Notes under the pieces: model-generated
Database searches by the model: none
What the model was told of the DNA's origin: nothing
Seen by the model: the letters and a program-made list of their open reading frames with translations, nothing else
Made by a program: the position numbers and the translations under genes
Source of the DNA: Puniceicoccales bacterium
GTDB taxonomy: Bacteria > Verrucomicrobiota > Verrucomicrobiia > Opitutales > LL51
Direction: 5' to 3'
Length of the DNA: 28,878 bases
NCBI GenBank assembly: GCA_031283585.1
Contig: JAITBP010000009.1
Coordinates: forward strand, 1-28,878
Shown: positions 1 to 11,781 of the stretch, piece after piece
Layout of the letters: every line of letters begins with the position of its first letter
Numbering within the stretch: the first letter of the stretch is position 1

Positions 1-12
1 TGCATCGGTGCG

Positions 13-88
13 GGGGTCGTAGATTCGTTGGAAGAGCGCCTGCTTTGCATGCCGGAGGACGTCGGTTCGAATCCGCTCGACTCCACCA
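13..88 (+). tRNA. tRNA-Ala (anticodon UGC), CCA encoded; structurally atypical
   Basis: Manual cloverleaf. Acceptor stem is GGGGTCG/CGACTCC and includes the G3:U70 alanine identity pair. Anticodon loop is TTTGCAT (UGC), T-loop is TTCGAAT, discriminator is A followed by CCA. The D, anticodon and T stems each contain one non-Watson-Crick pair (see finding). Confidence 0.8.
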
Positions 89-97
89 TTTTCAGTA

Positions 98-174
98 GGG
101 CTCATAGCTCAGTTGGTCAGAGCACACGCTTGATAAGCGTGGGGTCGGTGGTTCAAGTCCACCTGGGCCCACCA
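98..174 (+). tRNA. tRNA-Ile (anticodon GAU), CCA encoded
   Basis: Fully canonical cloverleaf. Acceptor GGGCTCA/TGGGCCC, D stem GCTC/GAGC, anticodon stem CACGC/GCGTG with loop TTGATAA, T stem GGTGG/CCACC with loop TTCAAGT, then ACCA. Confidence 0.95.
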
Positions 175-289
175 AAAGGTACTGCGTTGGAATAACTTTT
201 AGTTCTTTGATAGTTTAATGCATTGTGGGATTACAATGAAACGTTGAGAAAATTGACGTCTAGAATGTGTAATATACAACGGCGAGAAA

Positions 290-3207
<2,918 letters not shown>

Positions 3208-3332
3208 TCGCAAGTTTGACAATTTCTCTTTCCCAATGCATTGGACCGACAATTTTCTGTGATCCTGCCTAATCATTAGGTTGATTGGCCGGATTCGGCA
3301 ACAGGTTGAAGCGGATGTACACAGCATGGTAT

Positions 3333-3449
<117 letters not shown>

Positions 3450-3454
3450 CCTAG

Positions 3455-3482
3455 GGCTCGGATTTTTTAAAATTTCCGGGCC
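3455..3482 (+). terminator. Hairpin after 5S, candidate rrn terminator
   Basis: GGCTCGGA (3455-3462) pairs with TCCGGGCC (3475-3482): 8 bp including one G:U, with an A/T-only 12-nt loop. It is followed by a T-rich stretch. It sits between the 5S end and the stop of the convergent gene at 3486. Confidence 0.4.
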
Positions 3483-3485
3483 ATC

Positions 3486-3905
3486 TTATTTATGTTTATC
3501 CGCACAGAATGCACCTGGCCCGATGAATAAATAGGACAACATTATGGCACAACTGATCAGGTTATGTAACACAAATGGATCCATCCAGTTATAGGTCACT
3601 AGATAGGAAAATGCCGTTTTAGCTATAAATATTAGCAGTAATAAAAATGTGTTTGTTCTGAAATGGAATCCGATCAAAAAAAATGTACCAAAGATTATGT
3701 ATAGCAGCGACATAGGTATGATCACCGCCGGACTAATGCCGTTCACTCCGAATAGCAGTTTACAACATGCTTTAAATGGTTGCAGCGCAGTTGCTGAACT
3801 TGAGATATAAACAACCCCTTTGGTCATGATAAATCCTCCGATGATTAGTCGCAATAGTAATTTGCCGAAATTTTCTTTTTCAAAAAATTTTTCTATTTTA
3901 TTCAC
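3486..3905 (-). CDS. DoxX-family-like small integral membrane protein
   Basis: 139 aa with about 4 hydrophobic helices. The N-terminal LLLRLIIGGFIMTKG and C-terminal IGPGAFCADK resemble the DoxX pattern (RLxxG..hG..K ... GxGxxSxD). Confidence 0.55.
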   Translation of the reverse strand: MNKIEKFFEKENFGKLLLRLIIGGFIMTKGVVYISSSATALQPFKACCKLLFGVNGISPAVIIPMSLLYIIFGTFFLIGFHFRTNTFLLLLIFIAKTAFSYLVTYNWMDPFVLHNLISCAIMLSYLFIGPGAFCADKHK

Positions 3906-3953
3906 AATAAAAATAGTGTTTCCAGATAAAAATTTTTCAACAGATTTTTAATT

Positions 3954-4202
3954 GTGATACGGCTTAGTGTTAGGGTGATACCCAATGCATCGAAGACATG
4001 CATTGTTTCAAATGTCGATGGGAAACTGGTGGTTAAAATTCAGGCACCGGCCAATGACGGTCGGGCCAACGACGGTCTGTTGTGTTTTATTGCCAAGGAA
4101 TTTAAGGTGGCCCGATCGCGAATCAAGATTGTTCACGGCCAAAAATCCAGAGAAAAAATTCTGGAAATTGATGCAAATGATTTGCAAAAACCATCATCCT
4201 AG
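3954..4202 (+). CDS. DUF167/YggU-family protein
   Basis: 82 aa with a GTG start. VRVIPNASK ... VKIQAPANDGRANDGLLCFIAKEF ... IVHGQKSREK matches the YggU/DUF167 signature (P.A.. / ap..G.AN..l..fla / G..sr.K). Confidence 0.7.
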   Translation: MIRLSVRVIPNASKTCIVSNVDGKLVVKIQAPANDGRANDGLLCFIAKEFKVARSRIKIVHGQKSREKILEIDANDLQKPSS

Positions 4203-4219
4203 CATTTCATTACAATCCG

Positions 4220-4945
4220 ATGAGGCTTCAGAAATTTTTATCACAAAACGGCGTGTGTTCTAGGCGAAAGGCCGAGGAATTGATTTTGGAAGGTCGGGTG
4301 ACGATCAACGATGGCTGCGCGAAAATTGGTGATTCGGTTTCTGAAAACGACGTGGTAAAAGTCGATGGATGCAGAGTTAAATCATTGAATAAAAAGCGGT
4401 TAGTTATTATGATGAACAAGCCTCGGGGCGTGGTATGTTCCAGTGCCGATAGGTTTCATCCAGGAGCGACAATTTTTGATCTATTACCAAAAGAGCATGC
4501 TGGCGAAAAACTTATGTATTGTGGCAGGTTGGATAAGGATAGCCAAGGCATGCTAATCCTGACCAATGATGGAAATTTTGCAAATAAGCTCACCCATCCC
4601 CGGTCTAATATCTCCAAAATCTATATTGTTACACTGCGAACACGCTTCGATCCGAAAAATATCCCATTGATGCTCAATGGGATAATTGATGACGGTGAAA
4701 CGCTTATCGCCGAGAAGATCGTTCCTATCGGAGTCGATGGTTCTGGCCATAGTTCCGTGGAAGTGCATCTTAAACAGGGGAAAAAGCGAGAAATAAGGCG
4801 GATGTTTGCTGCCTGTGGCTATCTTGTGCACCGGCTCAAGCGGGTGCAGATCGGAAAGTTGAAGCTGAAAAATCTGCGGCCCGGGCAGCTGAAATTACTG
4901 AATGAGCCTGAGATTTGCAGGTTGCTTGGCCGGGATCCATTGTGA
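4220..4945 (+). CDS. rRNA pseudouridine synthase, RsuA/RluB/RluE/RluF family
   Basis: N-terminal S4 domain (RLQKFLSQNGVCSRRKAEELILEGRVTIN) and the catalytic-Asp motif GRLDKDSQGMLILTNDG. 241 aa. Confidence 0.85.
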   Translation: MRLQKFLSQNGVCSRRKAEELILEGRVTINDGCAKIGDSVSENDVVKVDGCRVKSLNKKRLVIMMNKPRGVVCSSADRFHPGATIFDLLPKEHAGEKLMYCGRLDKDSQGMLILTNDGNFANKLTHPRSNISKIYIVTLRTRFDPKNIPLMLNGIIDDGETLIAEKIVPIGVDGSGHSSVEVHLKQGKKREIRRMFAACGYLVHRLKRVQIGKLKLKNLRPGQLKLLNEPEICRLLGRDPL

Positions 4946-5012
4946 TTTGCTGCCGGTCATCCGGTGAGAATGTGCTTGAAATTTTCATAAAAAATCAGCT
5001 CATTGAAACTGA

Positions 5013-6788
5013 ATGAAAAGGACGCATCACTGTAATCAACTGAATAAGAATGACATTGGGAAAACCGTAAGGTTAATAGGCTGGGTCCAATCGGTTCGTG
5101 ACCACGGCGGCCTTGGCTTCGTAGACCTGAGAGACCGGGAAGGAATCACACAGATTGTGATTGATCCTAAAAATAGTGGTCCGGGCAATGTGTTGCATTT
5201 GCTTAAAGATGAGTCAGTTATAGAAGTCATAGGTACTGTTTCTGCCAGACCCGAGGCAACAATAAATGGGGAAATTCAGACCGGTGAGATCGAAGTTATT
5301 GCCGGTGATATAATTGTACACAATATTTCCGAGCCTTTGCCTTTTCCTTTGGACGAAAGGGCGGACAAGGTTAGCGAGGATGTTCGGCTAACCTATAGGT
5401 ATCTTGATTTGCGGCGGCGGAAGAATATAAATAATTTGAAAACCAGGCATAGCATCTCGAGAGCGATTCGTAACTACTTAGATGCCAATGAGTTTATTGA
5501 GGTAGAGACGCCCTATTTATTTAAAACCACACCGGAAGGTGCCAGGGAATTTTTGGTCCCAAGCCGGGTTAATCCCGGTACCTTCTATGCATTGAGCCAG
5601 TCGCCTCAGCAATATAAACAGATGCTGATGGTTGCCGGTGTGGAAAAATACTACTCGTTGGCTAGGTGCTTCAGAGACGAGGACTTACGTGCCGATAGAC
5701 AGCAGGAGTTTACCCAGGTAGATCTGGAGCTGTCATTCATCGAATGCGAGGATATATACAATCTCATCGAAGGCATGATGCGGTGTGTTTTTTCCGAAGC
5801 CCTGGGCATGGACATCGAAATCCCATTCGTGCGCATGCCATTTAGGGATGCCATGAACAACTATGGTTGCGACAAACCAGATACGAGATTTGATATCCAG
5901 CTGAAAGATCTGTCGAAATTGTTCGAAGTGTCTGAGTTTAAAGTATTTAGTTCCTGTGTGCAGGCCGGTGGATCGGTGAAGGCGATCAATGCAAAAGGGT
6001 TGGCAGACATATCCCAGGGTGAGCTGAAGGCCCTGGAAGATTTGGCAAAGTCACTTGGGGCCAAGGGCTTGGCTTTCATCAAGAGTGAGCATGGTGAATG
6101 GAAATCTCCGATTCTTAAATTTCTTTCCAAGGATGAAATCGACAAATTGACGGCCAGTCTAGCCATCGAAGATGGTGACATTGTGTTTTTTGCTGCGGAT
6201 GACTGGACAAAGTGTTGCAATATCCTTGGCCGCATAAGATTAGAAGTAGCAAAACTATTGATAGCCCGGGGTAAGTTGACTATCCCAAAAACCAGGTTCA
6301 ATTTCCTATGGATTGTGGATTTTCCGCTCATATCCTACGATGGGGATAATGGCAGGTACGTTGCTACACACCATCCATTTACAGCACCAATAGAAGATGA
6401 TATCGATCTATTGAAAACCGAGCCATGGAAGGTTCGTGGGCAACATTACGATATAGTGCTCAACGGCTTCGAGATCGGTGGTGGTAGCCTAAGGATCCAT
6501 GATGCAAGTGTTCAGAAAATGATTATGAAGGATGTGTTGGCATTACCAGAGGACGTCATCTTGGAACGGTTTGGTTATATGTTGCAAGCACTTAGGTTCG
6601 GTGCACCTCCCCATGGTGGGATTGCCATAGGGTTGGATCGATTAAGTGCGATAATTTGTGGTACCGACAGCATAAGGGATGTGATAGCGTTCCCTAAGAC
6701 CCAAAAAGGTCAAGATCTTATGGCTCAAAGCCCGTCAACGGCCAGCAATAAACAACTGCGCGAACTGCATATATCCATAATGGAGTAA
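5013..6788 (+). CDS. aspS: Aspartate--tRNA ligase (bacterial type with GAD insertion)
   Basis: 591 aa. OB-fold N-terminus (GWVQSVRDHGGLGFVDLRDREG), class II motif 2 (FRDEDLRADRQQEFTQVD), GGGSLRIH, and motif 3 (GIAIGLDRL). Confidence 0.95.
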   Translation: MKRTHHCNQLNKNDIGKTVRLIGWVQSVRDHGGLGFVDLRDREGITQIVIDPKNSGPGNVLHLLKDESVIEVIGTVSARPEATINGEIQTGEIEVIAGDIIVHNISEPLPFPLDERADKVSEDVRLTYRYLDLRRRKNINNLKTRHSISRAIRNYLDANEFIEVETPYLFKTTPEGAREFLVPSRVNPGTFYALSQSPQQYKQMLMVAGVEKYYSLARCFRDEDLRADRQQEFTQVDLELSFIECEDIYNLIEGMMRCVFSEALGMDIEIPFVRMPFRDAMNNYGCDKPDTRFDIQLKDLSKLFEVSEFKVFSSCVQAGGSVKAINAKGLADISQGELKALEDLAKSLGAKGLAFIKSEHGEWKSPILKFLSKDEIDKLTASLAIEDGDIVFFAADDWTKCCNILGRIRLEVAKLLIARGKLTIPKTRFNFLWIVDFPLISYDGDNGRYVATHHPFTAPIEDDIDLLKTEPWKVRGQHYDIVLNGFEIGGGSLRIHDASVQKMIMKDVLALPEDVILERFGYMLQALRFGAPPHGGIAIGLDRLSAIICGTDSIRDVIAFPKTQKGQDLMAQSPSTASNKQLRELHISIME

Positions 6789-6790
6789 TT

Positions 6791-6854
6791 TGATTTTTTC
6801 TGATTTTCCTGCTTTTTTTTGCTTTTTTTTGCTTTTTTGCTTTTTTGCTTTCGC
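6791..6854. repeat. Imperfect tandem T-tract repeat (TGATTTTTTC, TGATTTTCCT, GCTTTTTTTT x2, GCTTTTTT x2, GCTTTCGC)
   Basis: Read directly. The first four units have an exact 10-bp period (6791, 6801, 6811, 6821), followed by two 8-bp units (6831, 6839). It fills the gap between the convergent stops of aspS (6788) and the SNF2 gene (6866). Confidence 0.85.
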
Positions 6855-6865
6855 ATATGTCTTGG

Positions 6866-9325
6866 TCAGGCTGAAGGAATTTCCAGCAGCTCCTGGACAT
6901 GTTTTATGAAAAACGAACCACCACTTTGCTGTTCTTTAAGCGAATCTATTATGTCACCGAACAGCAGGTTTTTGTTCTGCTGGAGTATTTGGATTTTGGA
7001 CTCGATGGTGTTATCGGATATCAGCCTATATACAGTAACTTTCTTGTTCTGACCAATCCGGTGGACTCGATCCATCGCCTGACGTTCGACGGCCGGGTTC
7101 CACCAGGGATCCATGAGAAACACGTACTCTGCAGCGGTTAGCGTTATTCCGGTGCCGCCAGCTTTCAAACTTATCAAAATCAATCCAGGGCCCTCGAATT
7201 CTTGAAATTCTCTTACGACTTCGTCCCTTTTTTTGGTAGCACCGGTTATTTCAAAAATTCTAACCTCTTTGTATTCAGACCTTATGAAACTGCGTATCCT
7301 TTTTAAAAAAGTCACAAATTGGCTAAATATTACAATTTTTTTACCTTCTTTCAATATGTCAGACAGCTTCTGATTCAAAGATTCCAGCTTGCAACTTTCA
7401 TCAAAATCTGCTTCTACTCCAGGGATTATGCCAGGGTCACAGGCGATTTGCCTCAGTTTTGTTAGAACGGCTAATATGCCAAATCTGTGTTTTTTTATGT
7501 CTGGTTGGTTTTGTCCTATGTCGTATTTTTTTATTGCTCTTTCAAGCACGGCATCGTAAAGATTTCGTTGATAGGCCGTCATGGTGCAAGGAAGATCAAT
7601 TTCTATTTTTTCTGGAAGTTCTTCTGCTACAGATTCTTTCGTTCTACGCAACATAAAGGGCCCGATTTGTTTCTTGATTTTTTCGGTAGCCCTGTCACTT
7701 TTCGAAAATTCTATGAATTTCGCCTGGTCATGAAGCAGTCCTGGCATCAAAAACCTGAAAATGCTCCACAAATCTTGAATATTGTTCTCAATCGGTGTTC
7801 CGGTTAAAGCAAGCCGCCAGACCGAGTCTATGGCCAAGCAGCTGCTGAATACTTTTGTCGATGGATTTTTTATACATTGAGCTTCGTCCAGAATGGCCAA
7901 TTGAAATTTTGTGCTTGAAAAAATTGATTTATTTCTGCGCAACTGGGTATAGCTAGTGATAACCAAGTTACAGTGTTCCAAGTCCTTATCTGCAGATGAA
8001 AATATTTTGACCGTTAGTTCCGGAAAAAACTTTTCTGCTTCGTGTTTCCATACCGGGACCACACTGGCCGGGCATATAACCACCGAACACTTTGTACTGG
8101 CATATTTTGATATCAACGTAAGTACCTGAAGTGTTTTGCCCAGGCCCATGTCGTCGGCCAGTAGTCCGTGGAATCCATGGGTCAATAGATGCGCCATCCA
8201 GGCCACGCCTTCTTTTTGGTATTGTCTCAGAAATTCTGGCATAGCCATGGATGTATCTGGCTTGGTTTCAAATGATTTCTGCCAAGCTAGAAGGTTGTCG
8301 TCTTTTTTCATCGCCAGGCATGAGTCGGTAAATATCGAATAAATCATGTACCTGGGCAGCTCGCCATCGAATTTACTGGCTATATGTATCTGTTCTTTTA
8401 TAGCATCAACGGTCTTTTTGTCCAACCTGGTTGCCCCGATGCCAGGAATGAAAATTGTATTACCGTTGGAATGCAATACCAGTTGTTTTGCCTGGCCATC
8501 AATTTCGGTTGTCCCGTCTAAAACATCGAAATTGAGATCGATCGAATCGTTATTTATGCTGGTTTTTATAACCGTGGTTAGGTGTTTTAACCCACTGGCT
8601 AGCAATTTCACATTCTCGTCGGTTTCCAGGTCAAATATTGTTGTCAACCTGGGCATGGTTGATTTACAAAAATCGATGGCCTGGTTCAGGTTATATAGCC
8701 TATATTCCTTGGTTTTTTTTGAAAACAGGAAGCCAAATTTCCTTGCCGTGTGAACCAGTTTGATAAGTGCTGATTTTTTTGCACTGGACATGGAGTCATT
8801 TGTGAAATTTTTGTCAGACAAGACCGGTGCCAGGGTATCGCTCCAAAAGGCCTTGAAACAAAGCACCTGCCCAATCGTATAAAATTTCAATTGGATGCGC
8901 TCTGACTGGGGTTTTTCCATATTGTCATGACTGCTGGCATGGTTTTTATCATATTGTTTGGCCGCGGCTTCGTCTGCAAATATGGATTCATTTTTTTCTG
9001 CTATGGAATCTTCCAGGGCCAGAAGTGCTGCAATCACGAATGCGTCGGATTGTTCCGAATCATTACAGGACGATCTTGTGCAAAACCCATCAGAATTATG
9101 TTCAATGGTTGCGAGGGTCTGGACTTTGTATTCATCCAAAAATCTGACAATGACGTCATTGCAACGCATATCGATTTCACGAACCATACCACTTTCGAAG
9201 ATATTGTTACCTGAATTTATGGCTTTTTTTGGGAAAGTATTTGGCCAATTTAGGTCACAAATCCTTGCCATCCATGCCTCCATGGCCTCTCTGGTAAATG
9301 TTAATACCGGCGGTCTCCTGTGCAT
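6866..9325 (-). CDS. SNF2/RapA-family DEAD-like helicase with N-terminal SWIM-like region
   Basis: 819 aa. Motif I LADDMGLGKT, motif II ILDEAQCIKN, LTGTPIEN, and helicase-C motifs LISLKAGGTGITLT and QAMDRVHRIGQ. The N-terminal approximately 110 aa resemble the SWIM/SNF2-associated region. Confidence 0.9.
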   Translation of the reverse strand: MHRRPPVLTFTREAMEAWMARICDLNWPNTFPKKAINSGNNIFESGMVREIDMRCNDVIVRFLDEYKVQTLATIEHNSDGFCTRSSCNDSEQSDAFVIAALLALEDSIAEKNESIFADEAAAKQYDKNHASSHDNMEKPQSERIQLKFYTIGQVLCFKAFWSDTLAPVLSDKNFTNDSMSSAKKSALIKLVHTARKFGFLFSKKTKEYRLYNLNQAIDFCKSTMPRLTTIFDLETDENVKLLASGLKHLTTVIKTSINNDSIDLNFDVLDGTTEIDGQAKQLVLHSNGNTIFIPGIGATRLDKKTVDAIKEQIHIASKFDGELPRYMIYSIFTDSCLAMKKDDNLLAWQKSFETKPDTSMAMPEFLRQYQKEGVAWMAHLLTHGFHGLLADDMGLGKTLQVLTLISKYASTKCSVVICPASVVPVWKHEAEKFFPELTVKIFSSADKDLEHCNLVITSYTQLRRNKSIFSSTKFQLAILDEAQCIKNPSTKVFSSCLAIDSVWRLALTGTPIENNIQDLWSIFRFLMPGLLHDQAKFIEFSKSDRATEKIKKQIGPFMLRRTKESVAEELPEKIEIDLPCTMTAYQRNLYDAVLERAIKKYDIGQNQPDIKKHRFGILAVLTKLRQIACDPGIIPGVEADFDESCKLESLNQKLSDILKEGKKIVIFSQFVTFLKRIRSFIRSEYKEVRIFEITGATKKRDEVVREFQEFEGPGLILISLKAGGTGITLTAAEYVFLMDPWWNPAVERQAMDRVHRIGQNKKVTVYRLISDNTIESKIQILQQNKNLLFGDIIDSLKEQQSGGSFFIKHVQELLEIPSA

Positions 9326-9563
9326 ATAAACTACAGATTCTGTAAAATTAAATATAAAAAATCAAGCATGTCTTATAATAGTTGTCATTATTGACTCGGT
9401 TGAATATAAGTATTTTGCGTCAGTAGTGGTTAAATTCATCTGTTCAGGTCTATGGTCTGTGAATAACTTTTGGCGAAATGTACTCGTATTTTTTTTGCCA
9501 ATAATTATTTATGATGGCGCTGGGTTATACCTGGTAACTGTTTGTTTTTTAAGCTAGAAATTT

Positions 9564-11684
9564 ATGGAAATGAAGATTGATAATAGGTTAGATGAGAGGA
9601 AAGAAAGTATTAGCGCACCGGCGATGCAGGAAGAGGTATATAGTGTGCTGGCGAGTATTGGTTCAGCGACCGGTGAATTTGACAATGAGGTATCCTGGGC
9701 GCTGTCCAGGGAGGTTATTTCAAAAATTTGGGAGCAAGGAGGTTGTAGTTCGGAACATTCCTGCTCATCGATCGAAGATGCCGTGGAAAATGTTTTGTTT
9801 AGGTCCCAGTTTCGCGCCAGTACCAAGATGTTTATTCTGGCCAGGGATAGTCGGGATAACACCGCCGAGCTGTCGGCCAAATCCCAGGTAAGCAGCGTTG
9901 AACAGTATTTGGCAAAATTGGATTGGAAGGTCCGAGAGAATAGCAATATGACCTATTCGCTGCAGGGTCTAAATAACTATTTGGCCGGAACAATGAGTCA
10001 GGCCTACTGGTTGCATAAGGTGTATCCGGCAGCAATAAGAGATGCCCATGAGTCCGGTGACTTTCATATACATGACCTGACCCAGCTATCAGTTTATTGT
10101 GTTGGCTGGGATCTGGCTGATTTACTGCGCGAAGGGTTTTGTGGTGTGCCAGGAAAATTAGAAGCTAAACCACCAAAACATTTCCGAACTGCGCTGGGCC
10201 AGATTGTGAACTTTTTTTACACACTGCAGGGTGAAGCCGCTGGAGCTCAAGCATTTTCGAGCTTTGATACGTTTTTGGCTCCATTCATAAGGTTCGATAA
10301 CCTTGACGATCGACTGGTCGAACAGGCGCTTCAGGAGTTCCTGTTCAACGTAAATGTCCCGACAAGGGTTGGCTTTCAGACTCCATTCACGAACATAACT
10401 CTGGATTTATTCTGTCCGGCTCATATGGCCAACGAACCGGTGATAGTTGGAGGTGAACCAAGAAGTGAGACCTATGGTGACTTTCAGGCGGAGATGGATA
10501 TCTTTAACAGGGCGCTATTTAAGGTTATGACCAATGGCGATGCCCGGGGTAGGATAATGACATTTCCGATTCCGACGATAAATTTATCCAAAAATTTCGA
10601 TTGGGACAGTGAAGTTCTAAAAGGTCTTTGGGAGATGACCAGTAAATATGGCATACCTTATTTTTCCAATTTTATAAATTCGGACATGAAACCAGAGGAT
10701 ACTCGATCGATGTGCTGTCGTCTTAGAATCGATAATACTCAACTTGAGCGCCGTGGCGGTGGATTGTTTGGTGCAAACCCGCTTACCGGTAGCGTTGGTG
10801 TGGTCACGATAAATCTACCGAGAATTGCCTATTTGGCTGGAAGTGAAGCAGAATTTTTTGCCAGATTGAGGGTTCTGATGGATCTGGCTAGAGATAGTCT
10901 GGAGATCAAACGTGACCTGTTGGAAAAAATGACCGATTCAAACCTGTACCCTTATACAACATTCTATTTAAAAGGTATAAAAGAGCGATTTGGGTCCTAC
11001 TGGAAGAATCATTTTTCTACCATAGGTATTGTGGGAATGAATGAGGCCTGCATTAACCTATTTGGTAAAAATATAACCACTGAAGAAGGCAGGACTTTTG
11101 CTCTTAATGTATTGGATTATATGAGGGATAAGATGATTGAGTACCAGAAAAAGACCGGTAATCACTACAACCTAGAAGCAACGCCGGCGGAAGGTACGTC
11201 TTTTAGACTTGCCAAAAAGGATAAAGCCAGATTCGGTAGCAGAATTGTGTGTGCAAACGATGATGACGGCAAAGGTGAAAATGTTGCTAACCGAGCGCCA
11301 TTCTACACAAATTCTGTCCATGTGCCGGTTAACTTCACTGATGATTTATTCGAGCTTCTTGACAATCAAGATGATATGCAAACTAAATTTACCGGAGGTA
11401 CCGTCGTTCACATTTTTCTTGGAGAAAGAATAAAAGAGCCGGAAGCTATAAAAAATTTGATTTATAAAATAGCTAATGGCTACAAGTTGCCCTATTTCTC
11501 ATTGACGCCAACCTTTTCTATCTGCCAATCTCATGGATATATAGGTGGTGAGCATTTCCTGTGTCCAACCTGTGGAAGTGCAACGGAGGTATATTCCAGG
11601 GTTGTTGGCTATCTTAGGCCGGTGCATCAATGGAATGATGGCAAGCAGGCCGAGTTTAAGATGCGAAAATATGTAAGTCTGTGA
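9564..11684 (+). CDS. nrdD: Anaerobic ribonucleoside-triphosphate reductase (class III)
   Basis: 706 aa. Conserved SMCCRLRIDN active-site Cys block, C-terminal metal site (ICQSH ... CPTCG), and glycyl-radical motif SRVVGYLRP close to the C-terminus. Confidence 0.9.
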   Translation: MEMKIDNRLDERKESISAPAMQEEVYSVLASIGSATGEFDNEVSWALSREVISKIWEQGGCSSEHSCSSIEDAVENVLFRSQFRASTKMFILARDSRDNTAELSAKSQVSSVEQYLAKLDWKVRENSNMTYSLQGLNNYLAGTMSQAYWLHKVYPAAIRDAHESGDFHIHDLTQLSVYCVGWDLADLLREGFCGVPGKLEAKPPKHFRTALGQIVNFFYTLQGEAAGAQAFSSFDTFLAPFIRFDNLDDRLVEQALQEFLFNVNVPTRVGFQTPFTNITLDLFCPAHMANEPVIVGGEPRSETYGDFQAEMDIFNRALFKVMTNGDARGRIMTFPIPTINLSKNFDWDSEVLKGLWEMTSKYGIPYFSNFINSDMKPEDTRSMCCRLRIDNTQLERRGGGLFGANPLTGSVGVVTINLPRIAYLAGSEAEFFARLRVLMDLARDSLEIKRDLLEKMTDSNLYPYTTFYLKGIKERFGSYWKNHFSTIGIVGMNEACINLFGKNITTEEGRTFALNVLDYMRDKMIEYQKKTGNHYNLEATPAEGTSFRLAKKDKARFGSRIVCANDDDGKGENVANRAPFYTNSVHVPVNFTDDLFELLDNQDDMQTKFTGGTVVHIFLGERIKEPEAIKNLIYKIANGYKLPYFSLTPTFSICQSHGYIGGEHFLCPTCGSATEVYSRVVGYLRPVHQWNDGKQAEFKMRKYVSL

Positions 11685-11781
11685 TATTGGGTAATTTGGC
11701 AGTATCTATAATATATTTTTACCTATTTACAACATTGTGTTTTTTGTTTATTTTTTAGCAGAATAATGGGTTTGTACCGAT

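Noticed and set aside
3985-4263. 92-aa plus-strand ORF overlapping the DUF167 gene in another frame
   Set aside because: The DUF167 frame carries the family signature. The alternative frame is Arg/Trp/Cys-rich with no motif, and it runs into the start of the pseudouridine synthase gene.
6791-6854. Could the short tandem repeat be a CRISPR array or a coding Lys-rich peptide (minus-strand ORF 6718-6900)?
   Set aside because: The units are 8-10 bp with no spacers, so it is not a CRISPR array. The minus-strand ORF is simply poly-A tracts read as Lys, and it overlaps the aspS 3' end.
7459-9329. Several plus-strand ORFs (65-135 aa) antisense to the SNF2 helicase
   Set aside because: The minus-strand frame has the complete helicase motif set across 819 aa. 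The antisense ORFs are Phe/Leu/Cys-rich mirror products.
9326-9563. Looked for an NrdR box (about 16-bp ACACTATATATAGTGT-like palindrome) or a cobalamin riboswitch upstream of nrdD
   Set aside because: I found no convincing palindrome of that type and no B12-box-like sequence by eye. A motif scan (NrdR PWM, Rfam RF00174) would be needed to exclude weak sites.
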